A stretch of DNA of 64,000 nt from an uncultured candidate division Zixibacteria bacterium (GTDB taxonomy: Bacteria; Zixibacteria; MSB-5A5; UBA10806; 4484-95): assembly GCA_963668625.2 (NCBI GenBank), contig CAXXKA010000006.1, forward strand, positions 480,001 to 544,000, given 5' to 3'. Within the stretch, counting starts at the first letter, position 1, and each line of letters starts with the position of its first letter. A program made the translations under genes and the position numbers. The notes under the pieces were generated by a model, which made no database searches, was not told where the DNA came from, and saw nothing but the letters and a program-made list of their open reading frames with translations. This document shows positions 50,805 to 60,230 of the stretch, piece by piece.

Positions 50805-51918
50805 AGCCATACTGGTACTCGCTGCGTTTATCATCTGCCTGATAATAGTGGTGATGATACGGCAGTCATGCGAGGGAACCATAAAGCTCCACCATCACGA
50901 CTTTTACGAACAAAAAGCTGATTGGAGCGGTTATACGCTCGAGAATATGCGGTTTGATGACCGTAAGGATTTGCTTGTCTCTGAGGTTCTAAAGCTACCA
51001 TCTCAGCTCCGATCCGGAGAACATCACACAGTTTATGAATTCTATGAGATATTGTTATCGTGGAACATGATGGTTGAGCCGGGTGGCGGTGTTTTCGTGG
51101 AATTATCAGTTAGTCCGGATAGCCTTAAGTGGTATGACTTTCACTATCAGGTATGGGGGGATATGAACCCCGATACGCTGGATTTGCCAGAGTTACCTGC
51201 GAGAATAGAAAATGTAGGCTACGTGGATGAGGATATAATACGCTTGAAGCAACCGATGAATTATTACAGGTATGCCTTATACATGTATCCTGGCGAGCCT
51301 GCCGGTAATATCAGTTTCCGTCGGGCGGTGGTTTGCTATACTAAAACCGAGGCGAGTATGAGGGAGTATCGTAAGTTCACCGGTGATTTCCCCGACATTC
51401 AGCCTGTCAAGCTTTCAGTACCGTATAAATCTCAGCAATGGCTGCCAGATTCTATCTCGGGTAGAACATGCAGCCCCACCAGCGTGACCATGGTGTTAAA
51501 CCATCATTTGCTGGACTACGACCACCTGGAGGTAAGCGATGAACTGTACGATCGCTACAATGATATTTACGGAAACTGGCTTTACAACGTACAGGGGGCT
51601 TACATGCTGGGTATGAAACGAACCTGGGTTGGCAGGCACAACTCGTTTAATGAGTTAGTGCCGGAAATCCTGGATGGCAAGCCGGTTGCTATAAGCATTG
51701 CCGTTAGAGGCGATCAGGCGCTAACCGGCGCTCCGTATGAGAAGACCAGCGGCCATTTGATAGTGGTACGTGGTTTTGATGAGGCGGGCAACGTGCTGGT
51801 TAACGATCCGGCGGCCTCTAATCAAGATGATGGAATAGTGACTTATGATATAAACGAGCTAACCGATGTCTGGGTCGGTCACGAGGGGGTGGCGTATCAT
51901 TTATGGCCAACAGAATGA
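50794..51918 (+). CDS. C39-like cysteine peptidase, membrane-anchored or exported
   Basis: N-terminal hydrophobic helix; VPYKSQ, CSPTSVTMVL, YGNW..N, GHLIVVRGFD..GNVLVNDPA. Confidence 0.8.
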   Translation: MRTKAILVLAAFIICLIIVVMIRQSCEGTIKLHHHDFYEQKADWSGYTLENMRFDDRKDLLVSEVLKLPSQLRSGEHHTVYEFYEILLSWNMMVEPGGGVFVELSVSPDSLKWYDFHYQVWGDMNPDTLDLPELPARIENVGYVDEDIIRLKQPMNYYRYALYMYPGEPAGNISFRRAVVCYTKTEASMREYRKFTGDFPDIQPVKLSVPYKSQQWLPDSISGRTCSPTSVTMVLNHHLLDYDHLEVSDELYDRYNDIYGNWLYNVQGAYMLGMKRTWVGRHNSFNELVPEILDGKPVAISIAVRGDQALTGAPYEKTSGHLIVVRGFDEAGNVLVNDPAASNQDDGIVTYDINELTDVWVGHEGVAYHLWPTE

Positions 51919-52847
51919 GAAAACCAAAAGCGCTCGAACCGGGCGATAAAATAGCTATAGTGGCTCCGGCATCCTCGGCGCCGAAAGATAAGCTGACACT
52001 GGGAGCTAACCGTCTACGGGAGGCCGGCTACGAGGTGTATATTCATCCGCAGTGCTACAAAAAACGCGGTTACCTGGCGGGCGAGGACAAAGTGCGGGCG
52101 GCGGCTCTGATGGAGGTGTTCACTGATGATCAATATAGCGCTGTTGTTTGTGCTCGAGGTGGTTTCGGTTGCCATCGACTGTTAAAGCATCTTGATCTGG
52201 ATCTGATAAGGAAACATCCCAAGGTATTCGTGGGCTACTCCGATATCACCGTACTACACGCGGCTTTTCAAAAAAATGGCTTCGTCACATTCCATGGCGC
52301 GATGCCCTCGATTGATATCTGCAGCAGAAATTATCATTATAACCTGGTCAATTTCATTAACGCGGTTAGTTTTAACGAACCAATAGGCCTGCTGGAAAAT
52401 CCTGATTCACTCGGTGCCATGAGAAAATATCACGATGGGCAAGCAGAGGGCGTGCTGGTTGGCGGTAATATCTCTCTTCTGGATAAGCTGATTGGCTCGA
52501 AGTATGTACCATCATTTAAAAATAAAATAGTGCTTTTGGAGGATACAGATGAGGAGCCATACCGCATTGACGGTTACCTCGGGCATCTTTTCCAGAATAC
52601 TGATATAGAGAGTGCGGCCGGTTTCGTTATTGGCGAGTGGGTGAAAGTTGGGATTACTCATCGCAACAAGGTAAGCCTGACACTTGCTCAGGTATTCGAT
52701 GACTATTTCAAAACGATGAAAGTGCCGATAATAACTAATGTGGCCTGCGGCCACGGAAAAAATGTCTTAACCATCCCGCTGGGTGTGAAGGCTCGTATTG
52801 ATGGTGATAAGAAACGTTTCGAGATAGTCGAGAAGGCGGTTAGCTAA
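51915..52847 (+). CDS. ldcA: Muramoyltetrapeptide LD-carboxypeptidase (S66)
   Basis: IVAPAS, RGGFG, GYSDIT, GGNIS, LEDTDE, GHG; ATGA overlap with the previous gene. Confidence 0.93.
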   Translation: MRKPKALEPGDKIAIVAPASSAPKDKLTLGANRLREAGYEVYIHPQCYKKRGYLAGEDKVRAAALMEVFTDDQYSAVVCARGGFGCHRLLKHLDLDLIRKHPKVFVGYSDITVLHAAFQKNGFVTFHGAMPSIDICSRNYHYNLVNFINAVSFNEPIGLLENPDSLGAMRKYHDGQAEGVLVGGNISLLDKLIGSKYVPSFKNKIVLLEDTDEEPYRIDGYLGHLFQNTDIESAAGFVIGEWVKVGITHRNKVSLTLAQVFDDYFKTMKVPIITNVACGHGKNVLTIPLGVKARIDGDKKRFEIVEKAVS

Positions 52848-53846
52848 ATGAATATCGAACATAAGATTGTCAAAGTACATATGAAGGAGACGTTCAGGAT
52901 TGCCCATGGCGCCTCCGATGATAAAGACCTCGTGATAGTCAATATCGAGGGCGGTCTGGGTGAGGCCTCGCCGGTTCATTACTACGGCGAATCGGTTGAC
53001 ACTATCACCAGTTTCGTGAAAAAGGCCGGCGATGTCATCGGTGATGATATTTTCAAGCTTGAGGATATCGTTGATAATCTTAGCAACATGATGGCTTACA
53101 ACACCGCCGCCAAGGCTGCCATAGACATGGCTCTTCATGATGCGGTTGGTAAGAAGTTGGGAATCCCGGTCTACAAGATGCTGGGAATTACGCCGCGTGA
53201 TGATATCCCTACCTCGTATACGATCTCGATAAATACACCCGATAAGGTGAAAAAGCAAACCGAGGCCAATCCCGGTTACCAGATATACAAGCTGAAAGTG
53301 GGAGTGCCTGGCGATATCGATATGGTCGCAGCCGTGCGGGATGTTACCGATGCCCGTATCCGTGTGGATGCCAATGAGGGTTGGACGCTGAAAGAGGCTA
53401 TCCAGAAAATGAAGCATCTGGAGAAATACGATGTCGAGTTCATAGAGCAACCGTTGCATCGTCTCGATTTCGAGGGGATGCGCATACTCCGCGCGAAATC
53501 GAACCTGCCTATTATCGCAGATGAGGGCATTTTCAATGCGGCAAGCATCCCGATATACAAAGACCTGGTTGACGGCGTTAATATCAAGCTGCAGAAATCA
53601 GGAGGTATCCGCGAGGCATTCAAGATGGTGGCCGTTGCTCGGGCGTTCAAGCTTAAGGTGATGATCGGCTGTATGGTGGAAAGCTCGGTCGGTATCTCGG
53701 CCGCCGCCCAGATAGCGCCGCTGGTGGATTATGTCGATCTCGATGGTAATTTGCTTATCGGTGATGATCCCTACGATGGCATTGGCGCGGTAAACGGCGT
53801 GCTTAAATATAACGATCGCCCCGGTATCGGCGTAGTGGAAAAATAA
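52848..53846 (+). CDS. L-Ala-D/L-Glu dipeptide epimerase (enolase superfamily)
   Basis: F.IAHG, GEA.P, KLKVG, VDANEG, EQP, ADE, NIKLQK, MIGCMVES, DLDG. Confidence 0.92.
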   Translation: MNIEHKIVKVHMKETFRIAHGASDDKDLVIVNIEGGLGEASPVHYYGESVDTITSFVKKAGDVIGDDIFKLEDIVDNLSNMMAYNTAAKAAIDMALHDAVGKKLGIPVYKMLGITPRDDIPTSYTISINTPDKVKKQTEANPGYQIYKLKVGVPGDIDMVAAVRDVTDARIRVDANEGWTLKEAIQKMKHLEKYDVEFIEQPLHRLDFEGMRILRAKSNLPIIADEGIFNAASIPIYKDLVDGVNIKLQKSGGIREAFKMVAVARAFKLKVMIGCMVESSVGISAAAQIAPLVDYVDLDGNLLIGDDPYDGIGAVNGVLKYNDRPGIGVVEK

Positions 53847-53848
53847 TA

Positions 53849-55636
53849 ATGTATCGAATAATATTTATCATACTTGTTTTATCATCTATATGCTACGCTC
53901 AAAATCATATCGAGGTTGTTTATCCCAAAGATGGCCGGCAAATTGCGGCGGTCGATTCGACATTTATTTTCGGTAATACTAATCCCAAAGCTAAACTCAC
54001 TATCAACGGCTATCGGGTTGAGGTGCATAAAAGCGGCGGATTCCTGGCGTTCCTGCCCGTAAATCGAGGTGAATTCGAGTTCGAGTTGATATCAGATTAT
54101 AAAGGCGAGATAGCTATCTGCCATACCCGGGTGCATATAGGTAACGGTTTCAGTGAATCGGACAGTGGCCTAATCGATCACAGCTCTGTATCACCCTTGG
54201 GAGAAACTATTCTCTTGCGTGATGATGTTTTAGAATTCAGTATCCGGGCAAAATCCGGGCTCAACCTGTATTGCTTTTTCGAGAGTGATTCTATTTGGAC
54301 AAGAATGTACGGACAAAACAACGGACAATTGAGTTCGGTGTTCGGCGAGGTGGCTGATTTTCATAATAACGGTGGCATTGATACTTATACGGGCTACTTG
54401 TCGATAAGCTCTATTCCCGACTCCTCGAAAGTGTATTATATGTACGATAGCGAGGTTTACGATACCACCGGCGAGCTTGAATACACCGAATTCGAGATTT
54501 TCGAGACCGAGTATTATGTTAAAGCCTTAGATGAGCTTCCGTATCGCACGTTGGCGCTAACCGGTCGGCCTCATATAATCCGCGTTGGCGCGGGAAAGGG
54601 GAACAGGATGGTGAATTTGCCGGAGGGCGTGAGATTCCTTTATAGCGGCGAGACACCCGCGTATTACAGGGTGCGATTAGCTGATGCCGTAAGCGGCTAT
54701 ATTCGCAAATCCGATGCCAAGATGCAGCCGGAGGGTACGCCCGTACCGGAGGGCGAGGTTGCGTTTGTTACACTGGATAATTACGATGATCATATTCTGC
54801 TAAAAATGAAAACTGGCGATATGCTACCGTATGAGATTCACACCGATGGCAATATCATGACAATAGATTTCTACTACCTGATATCCGATACAGACTGGAT
54901 TCGTTTCAACGATAACTCGCAGGAGTACATCGAATCGATCTGGTGGAGCCAGCCTGTCGATGGTGTCTACCGTCTGCATTTAAAGTGGTGTGATTCGCAT
55001 TTCTGGGGTTATGCTCCGGGTTATGATAATAATACGTTTACATTGAGGCTTCAAAAGAATCTGGCTTCGCAATCTGTTTTCAACTCGCCTGTTAAGGGGG
55101 TGCGTATAGTACTCGATCCGGGGCACTCGCATGATAACGGCGCGGTCGGACCAACCGGACTGACCGAGAAAAACGCTAATTTATGGCTAGCTTACGAGCT
55201 GCGAAGAATCCTTCAGGATAAAGGCGCTGAGGTGTTGATGACCCGTATGGGCCATGAGCATCTGGGGATTTACGACAGGGTAGACAGCGCTAATGTATGG
55301 GATGCCGACCTCTTGATCAGCATACATAATAATGCTCTGCCTGATGGTATCAATCCATACGAGCATAACGGTACCTCGACATTTTACTATTTCAATCAGG
55401 CGCGGCCGCTGGCGCAGGCGATTCATCGAAATATGATCAAAGCAACCGGTCTGCCTGATCATGGATTATACTATGGCAATCTGGCTTTATGCCGGGTGAC
55501 CGAATGCCCTTCTGTATTAGTTGAGTGCGCTTTTATGATGATACCCGAACAGGAAGCGGCGCTCAAAACCGATAAGTTCCAGCGTAAATGCGCTAAGGCG
55601 ATTTATAAAGGGATATGTGAATATCTGCGGCCGTGA
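53849..55636 (+). CDS. N-acetylmuramoyl-L-alanine amidase (Amidase_3), exported
   Basis: Signal peptide; LDPGH, GL.EK..NL, MTR, R...AN..ADLLISIHNNA, PSVLVE. Confidence 0.93.
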   Translation: MYRIIFIILVLSSICYAQNHIEVVYPKDGRQIAAVDSTFIFGNTNPKAKLTINGYRVEVHKSGGFLAFLPVNRGEFEFELISDYKGEIAICHTRVHIGNGFSESDSGLIDHSSVSPLGETILLRDDVLEFSIRAKSGLNLYCFFESDSIWTRMYGQNNGQLSSVFGEVADFHNNGGIDTYTGYLSISSIPDSSKVYYMYDSEVYDTTGELEYTEFEIFETEYYVKALDELPYRTLALTGRPHIIRVGAGKGNRMVNLPEGVRFLYSGETPAYYRVRLADAVSGYIRKSDAKMQPEGTPVPEGEVAFVTLDNYDDHILLKMKTGDMLPYEIHTDGNIMTIDFYYLISDTDWIRFNDNSQEYIESIWWSQPVDGVYRLHLKWCDSHFWGYAPGYDNNTFTLRLQKNLASQSVFNSPVKGVRIVLDPGHSHDNGAVGPTGLTEKNANLWLAYELRRILQDKGAEVLMTRMGHEHLGIYDRVDSANVWDADLLISIHNNALPDGINPYEHNGTSTFYYFNQARPLAQAIHRNMIKATGLPDHGLYYGNLALCRVTECPSVLVECAFMMIPEQEAALKTDKFQRKCAKAIYKGICEYLRP

Positions 55637-55666
55637 TTATTTTATTATCAATTGGAAATATCTCCT

Positions 55667-56230
55667 ATGGGCATTTTAATTCAAAACGATAGCATTATCA
55701 TTCGTGAGTATCTGCAATCTGATGTTGAGACCTACACGCGCTGGATGATATCAGAACGGTGGCGCAAAACAGATGGCCCCTAGCACAAGAATGATGATGA
55801 GACTCCTGATATAGATGAGATACGCCGTAGTTTCCTTGATATTTGCAGCACCGAGCAACCGACGCCTGTACGAAAAGCACTGATAGCAACCTCTGAAAAT
55901 AAGCTGATCGGGAGGTTGAGTCGCTACCCGCATAACGGCTCGGAGGATGCCTGGTTGATCGGCATCGCTATTTGTGAGGATAGTTATCTCGGCAAAGGCT
56001 AAGGCGCTTCAATACTACGACTGTGGTCTGATTATCTGTTTGCTAACTCTGGGGTACATCGCCTGGGGCTGGAGACCTGGTCGTTCAACAAACCGATGAT
56101 TAGAGTGGCCGAGAAAGCAGGTTACAAGCTCGAGGGGATATAACGAGAGGTGCGCAATTGGGAAGGGAAGTGGCTGGATTTGTATCATTATGGTTTGATG
56201 CGGGAGAGTTAGCGGAAGCTTACGCTATAG
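55667..56230 (+). pseudogene. RimJ/RimL-type GNAT acetyltransferase pseudogene
   Basis: One frame from ATG 55667 gives IGIAICEDSYLGKG*G..LWSDYLF..HRLGLETWSFNKPMIRVAEKAGYKLEGI*RE..W.D..HYGLMR; in-frame stops at 55781 (TAG), 56000 (TAA), 56141 (TAA) and 56210 (TAG). Confidence 0.85.
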
Positions 56231-56290
56231 CTAATTGATTGAGTATGTACTATTTCTTAGTATAAGATTGTATATATGATCTAAGTTATA

Positions 56291-57058
56291 TTAATTGTTT
56301 TTATAATAGTCATAGTAATCATCTATACCTTTGGGGAGTACAGGATGTGAAGTTTCCAAGAGTCCTATTGGAGTGGATATTTTAATATTTAGATATGGCA
56401 TAATTAAAAATAGGTTCCCTACTACAATAGGTACTAAAAATAGCCAGTTATTAAATCCACATATGTAAATATAAATACTTGATAACCATAAAACTATAAA
56501 TTGAATGATAAAAGCTACTTTAATATATTTAGGTATAATTTTACTTATGTTTAATTTGTAATTTTTGTCTTTTTCTTTGATTTCCTTTTTAGGGGATGTG
56601 ATCAATGAAATTAAGTTTGAAAACAGGTTTTCATAATTTTGACGAGCATTCCCATATGGATTTCCTGTTAAAAGGTCATATCTATAAGCTTGTTCGATAG
56701 CAATTAAAGAATCCGCAGTTTTTCCCATTCTGCTAAGTACCACAGCTAAATTATTCCAAGGTGTTCCGACTGGTGGTATCCCATTATAAGGATCTTTATA
56801 AGCTACTTCGTGCGCAATTTGAAGTAGAGCTTCCCATAATTTCTTTGATTCATCAAGTCTGTTATTTTCTAATAAATATAGTCCTATCCAATTCCAGGGT
56901 CTTACATTAGGTTTTCCCGTTTCATCACTAGCTAAATTTATTCCACTTTCTTTTGGTGGTTTACGAGTTAATTCTTTAAGATGCTTAATTATAGAATCAA
57001 TCGATTTGCCACCTTGATATCTTCTTATTATGTTTCTTGCTAAATCATCTCCGGACAC
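56291..57058 (-). CDS. AT-rich hypothetical protein with TPR-like repeats and C-terminal TM helices
   Basis: WNWIGLYL..., WNNLAVVLSRMGK..A..AY; two hydrophobic segments; RBS AGGAG with GTG start; visibly lower GC than neighbours. Confidence 0.7.
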   Translation of the reverse strand: MSGDDLARNIIRRYQGGKSIDSIIKHLKELTRKPPKESGINLASDETGKPNVRPWNWIGLYLLENNRLDESKKLWEALLQIAHEVAYKDPYNGIPPVGTPWNNLAVVLSRMGKTADSLIAIEQAYRYDLLTGNPYGNARQNYENLFSNLISLITSPKKEIKEKDKNYKLNISKIIPKYIKVAFIIQFIVLWLSSIYIYICGFNNWLFLVPIVVGNLFLIMPYLNIKISTPIGLLETSHPVLPKGIDDYYDYYKNN

Positions 57059-57080
57059 TTTAAGCTCCTTTTTAAACTAT

Positions 57081-57899
57081 TTACCCTTTCACCGCGCCGG
57101 CGGTTATGCCCTCAGTAATTTGTCTCTGGAAGAATAAAAATACTATAATCACCGGCAACGCTGCGATTGTCGAACCGGCCATAAGCTGTCCTAAATTAAT
57201 TTGCTGCAAGCCCTGTATCATCGCCAGACCAACAGGCAATGTATATAGCTTGGGGGAGGATACCAGTATAAACGGGTAGAGAAAAGAGTTCCAGCTTGTC
57301 AGGAACACCTGCACCGCTAGCACTGCTATAGCGGGTTTGCAAAGCGGCATAACTATCCGGAACAGAATCGTGAACTCGCCCGCGCCATCGATACGAGCCG
57401 CTTGCTCGCACTCATCGGGGAGATTCGAGATATACTGTTTCATGAGGAAGACCCCCAGTGGATTAACCAGCCAGGGGAGTATCAACGCCCAGTAGGTGTT
57501 GTGAAGACCAAGTTTGCTTATCAGTATGTACACCGGTATGATAACTACATGTTGGGGGATCATCAAAACGGCGGTGGCCGCTATAAATAGAAACTTATTG
57601 CCGATGAATTTCTTGCGAGCCAGTGCATAGCCCACCATCAAACAGAAAACCATATTGCCTGCAGTAACGACTGTCGAAACTAAAATGCTGTTTAGCACGA
57701 ACCGGGTGATACCGCCGTGCGAGAATATATCGAAATAATTCCCTAACGTGAAAACGCCGCTGAGCAATCCTGTCATGCTGCCGGCGAACTCTATCTCTTT
57801 GAATGAGGTGATAATCATATAGATAAGAGGGAATAACATTCCGATCATCACGACGGATAACACCACACTCAGCATTATTTTAGTTGTTCTGGTTCTCAT
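57081..57899 (-). CDS. Carbohydrate ABC transporter permease (MalG-like)
   Basis: FP..YM..TSFK, NS..VS, GYALA, EQAARIDGA (EAA motif), WNSFLYP, G.TAGAVKG. Confidence 0.93.
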   Translation of the reverse strand: MRTRTTKIMLSVVLSVVMIGMLFPLIYMIITSFKEIEFAGSMTGLLSGVFTLGNYFDIFSHGGITRFVLNSILVSTVVTAGNMVFCLMVGYALARKKFIGNKFLFIAATAVLMIPQHVVIIPVYILISKLGLHNTYWALILPWLVNPLGVFLMKQYISNLPDECEQAARIDGAGEFTILFRIVMPLCKPAIAVLAVQVFLTSWNSFLYPFILVSSPKLYTLPVGLAMIQGLQQINLGQLMAGSTIAALPVIIVFLFFQRQITEGITAGAVKG

Positions 57900-58756
57900 A
57901 CGGCGTTCTTTCTCGATACTAATTTCATCTGCAGCAACGAGAATAGCAATATTATCACGAATAGAATATATGCCGCCGCCGAGGCGTAACCGATATTGAA
58001 TTTCTGTAAGCCCTCATCGAATACGAAATAGACGACAGTCGAGGTCGAACCCAGCGGGCCGCCGCGTGTCATCACGTATATCTCGATAAAGACCTGGAAT
58101 GAGCGGATGGTGTTGATCACCAGTATGAATAAAAGCATCGGAGTTATTTGCGGCAGTGTCACGAGAATCAGCCTTCGCCAGAAACCCGCGCCATCGAGTT
58201 TAGCGGCCTCGTGTATCTCCTCGGGTATGCTTTTTATGCCGGCCAGAAACAGCAGCACATAATAACCGATAGCAACCCAGACATCCATGAGCATAATGGA
58301 TACCAGCGCGGTACCGGTAGAAAACAGGTATCCGTTTTCGGGTGGGTCGAGCCCGATCATGTCGCCTAGCAAATACAGGTAGCCGTTTTTGGCGTAAAGC
58401 GAGGTGAATATCAGGGCTATCACCACCATTGAGGTAATGGAGGGGATGAAATAACCGGCCTGAAATATCCTGTGTCCGGGTACTTTTTCGGAAATCAGAA
58501 ACGCCAGTACCAATGCTATTACCGTAGTGAATGGGATAGTGCCGAATACGAATACCGAGGTATTAATAAGCGCCTGTATGAACGAACTATCACTAAACAG
58601 CTTTATGAAATTATCGAATCCTACGAATGAAAACGAGCCGAATATCGTGTAGTCGGTGAATGCCAGGAACAGCGAATAACATACGGGAAACGCCCAGAAT
58701 ATCAAAAGGGTCAGTGCCCAGGGGGAAACCAGTATGGCGGTATTCGGACTTTTCAA
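57896..58756 (-). CDS. Carbohydrate ABC transporter permease (MalF/UgpA-like)
   Basis: FVGFDNF..LF.D, YF.PSITS, EAAKLDGA, FQVF..MT.GGP, GYASAAA. Confidence 0.93.
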   Translation of the reverse strand: MKSPNTAILVSPWALTLLIFWAFPVCYSLFLAFTDYTIFGSFSFVGFDNFIKLFSDSSFIQALINTSVFVFGTIPFTTVIALVLAFLISEKVPGHRIFQAGYFIPSITSMVVIALIFTSLYAKNGYLYLLGDMIGLDPPENGYLFSTGTALVSIMLMDVWVAIGYYVLLFLAGIKSIPEEIHEAAKLDGAGFWRRLILVTLPQITPMLLFILVINTIRSFQVFIEIYVMTRGGPLGSTSTVVYFVFDEGLQKFNIGYASAAAYILFVIILLFSLLQMKLVSRKNAV

Positions 58757-59931
58757 TATTTCAGGGTCTCATCGATTTTATGCTGGGCGTCTTTGATTGC
58801 CTGTTCGGGGGTACTTTCTCCCAGCGTAACACTTTCAACCATCTGCTCGATTATTGCTTCGACATAAATCCATCTCGGATGAACCGGCGTGGAGCGCGAA
58901 TTATGCAATTGTTCGAATAGCATGTGTCGTTTCTCGGAAAGCTCCGGCCTCACTCTGGTTTTGTACGGCCCGAAACCGAAACCGACCGAATCGCACAAAG
59001 CAGCTAAATTCGCGGGTCTCAGGATAATATCTATTAATTTACGAGCGGCCTCTTTTTTCGATGATTTATATGGTATCACCAGATACTCGCCACCGGAAAA
59101 CGATAATCCGCGTGATTCGGCGTTTTCGGGAAGCATCGGAACCATGGCATACTCGAAATCGACCTGATCGCTTTCAAGTCGTTTGATAAACCAACCACCC
59201 GAGATAACAAAACCAAGCTTGCCCTCCAGGAAACTGTCCTCAAGGAAGCGTTGTTTTTCGATATGCGAGTACTCGGTCAGACTTCGGTAGAATTTCAGCG
59301 CTTTTAAAACCTCGGGATTGTCCAAATTAATTTTGCTATCTTCGATAATATCGCCGCCGCAGCTCCAGACAAACGGCAGGAATTTCTTGTACAGACGATG
59401 AGGTTCGGCCGAGTTTGCGCCGAAACCGGAGATCAATGGATCGAGGTTATCGATAGCCTTGCAGGCCTCGAGCATGCTTTGCCAATCGGTGGGGATATTA
59501 ACGCCCGCTCGATCGAGTAGTGTTTTGTTAAAATACAAAATACGCGAGGCTAAAAACCAGGGATGTGCATAAACCTCATCCTCGAACGTACCCGGCTCGG
59601 TCAGTAAAAATTGCGAGGTATCAAGCTCGATAGGGGAGAGCGCGTTACCGGCGGCGAACTCGGCGATCCAGTCTGAGCCAAGCTCCAGCAGGTCGGGCGG
59701 GTTGCCCGCGCCGAATGCCACTATTATTTTTTGATGACCATCCGACCAGGTTAAATCGGTTACGTTAACAGTCCAGCCGGGATTTTCCTGTTCGAACTGC
59801 TCGACTATCGATTCGATGACCGGTTTGGCTTTCGGGTCCGTCCAGAACTGCCAGAACTCCAGAGTTTGGTCTTGACTTCCGCCACCACAGGCGAGAAGTA
59901 TTGTTGCAAAAAGTAATATTGTTTTTTTCAT
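58753..59931 (-). CDS. Carbohydrate ABC transporter substrate-binding lipoprotein
   Basis: LLAC lipobox; FEQENPG..V, GNPPDL, LYFNK.LL..AG, P.DW, F.EGK. Confidence 0.9.
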   Translation of the reverse strand: MKKTILLFATILLACGGGSQDQTLEFWQFWTDPKAKPVIESIVEQFEQENPGWTVNVTDLTWSDGHQKIIVAFGAGNPPDLLELGSDWIAEFAAGNALSPIELDTSQFLLTEPGTFEDEVYAHPWFLASRILYFNKTLLDRAGVNIPTDWQSMLEACKAIDNLDPLISGFGANSAEPHRLYKKFLPFVWSCGGDIIEDSKINLDNPEVLKALKFYRSLTEYSHIEKQRFLEDSFLEGKLGFVISGGWFIKRLESDQVDFEYAMVPMLPENAESRGLSFSGGEYLVIPYKSSKKEAARKLIDIILRPANLAALCDSVGFGFGPYKTRVRPELSEKRHMLFEQLHNSRSTPVHPRWIYVEAIIEQMVESVTLGESTPEQAIKDAQHKIDETLKY

Positions 59932-59937
59932 GTGGCG

Positions 59938-59966
59938 ATTTTAGAATAGATACGCAGTTCAGTCAA
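59938..59966 (-). promoter_or_regulatory. Sigma70-type promoter of the ABC operon, probably giving a leaderless mRNA
   Basis: Minus strand TTGACT-N17-TAAAAT-CGCCAC-ATG; no Shine-Dalgarno. Confidence 0.7.
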
Positions 59967-60105
59967 GGAAAGATTCGTGGTTAGCTGGAAAGCGTACTAT
60001 AAGAATAGGGATGTATCGAGTACGCCTTTGGCAGATAGTGGAAACTAACGGAATCAACCTTGCCGCGTGATCAACCTGTCTCATCTCAGGTTTAGCCGTG
60101 AGGAT

Positions 60106-60200
60106 GTAGGGACAGCCACACCAGTGCTGTCCGGGGGGATGGGGAAAACAGGCTGCATATTCTAAGCGGAGACTCGGACAGATCAGTGATCTGTCCCTAA
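60106..60200. repeat. GTAG-type REP inverted doublet
   Basis: GTAGGGACAGC..GCTGTCC, and on the opposite strand TTAGGGACAGATCA-C-TGATCTGTCC. Confidence 0.65.
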
Positions 60201-60230
60201 GTTAATCCCGCGAGGACAGGTAGTTTAATT

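Noticed and set aside
55667-56230. Pyrrolysine or alternative genetic code read-through
   Set aside because: Both TAG and TAA occur at positions implying different residues, and both codons terminate normal genes throughout the window
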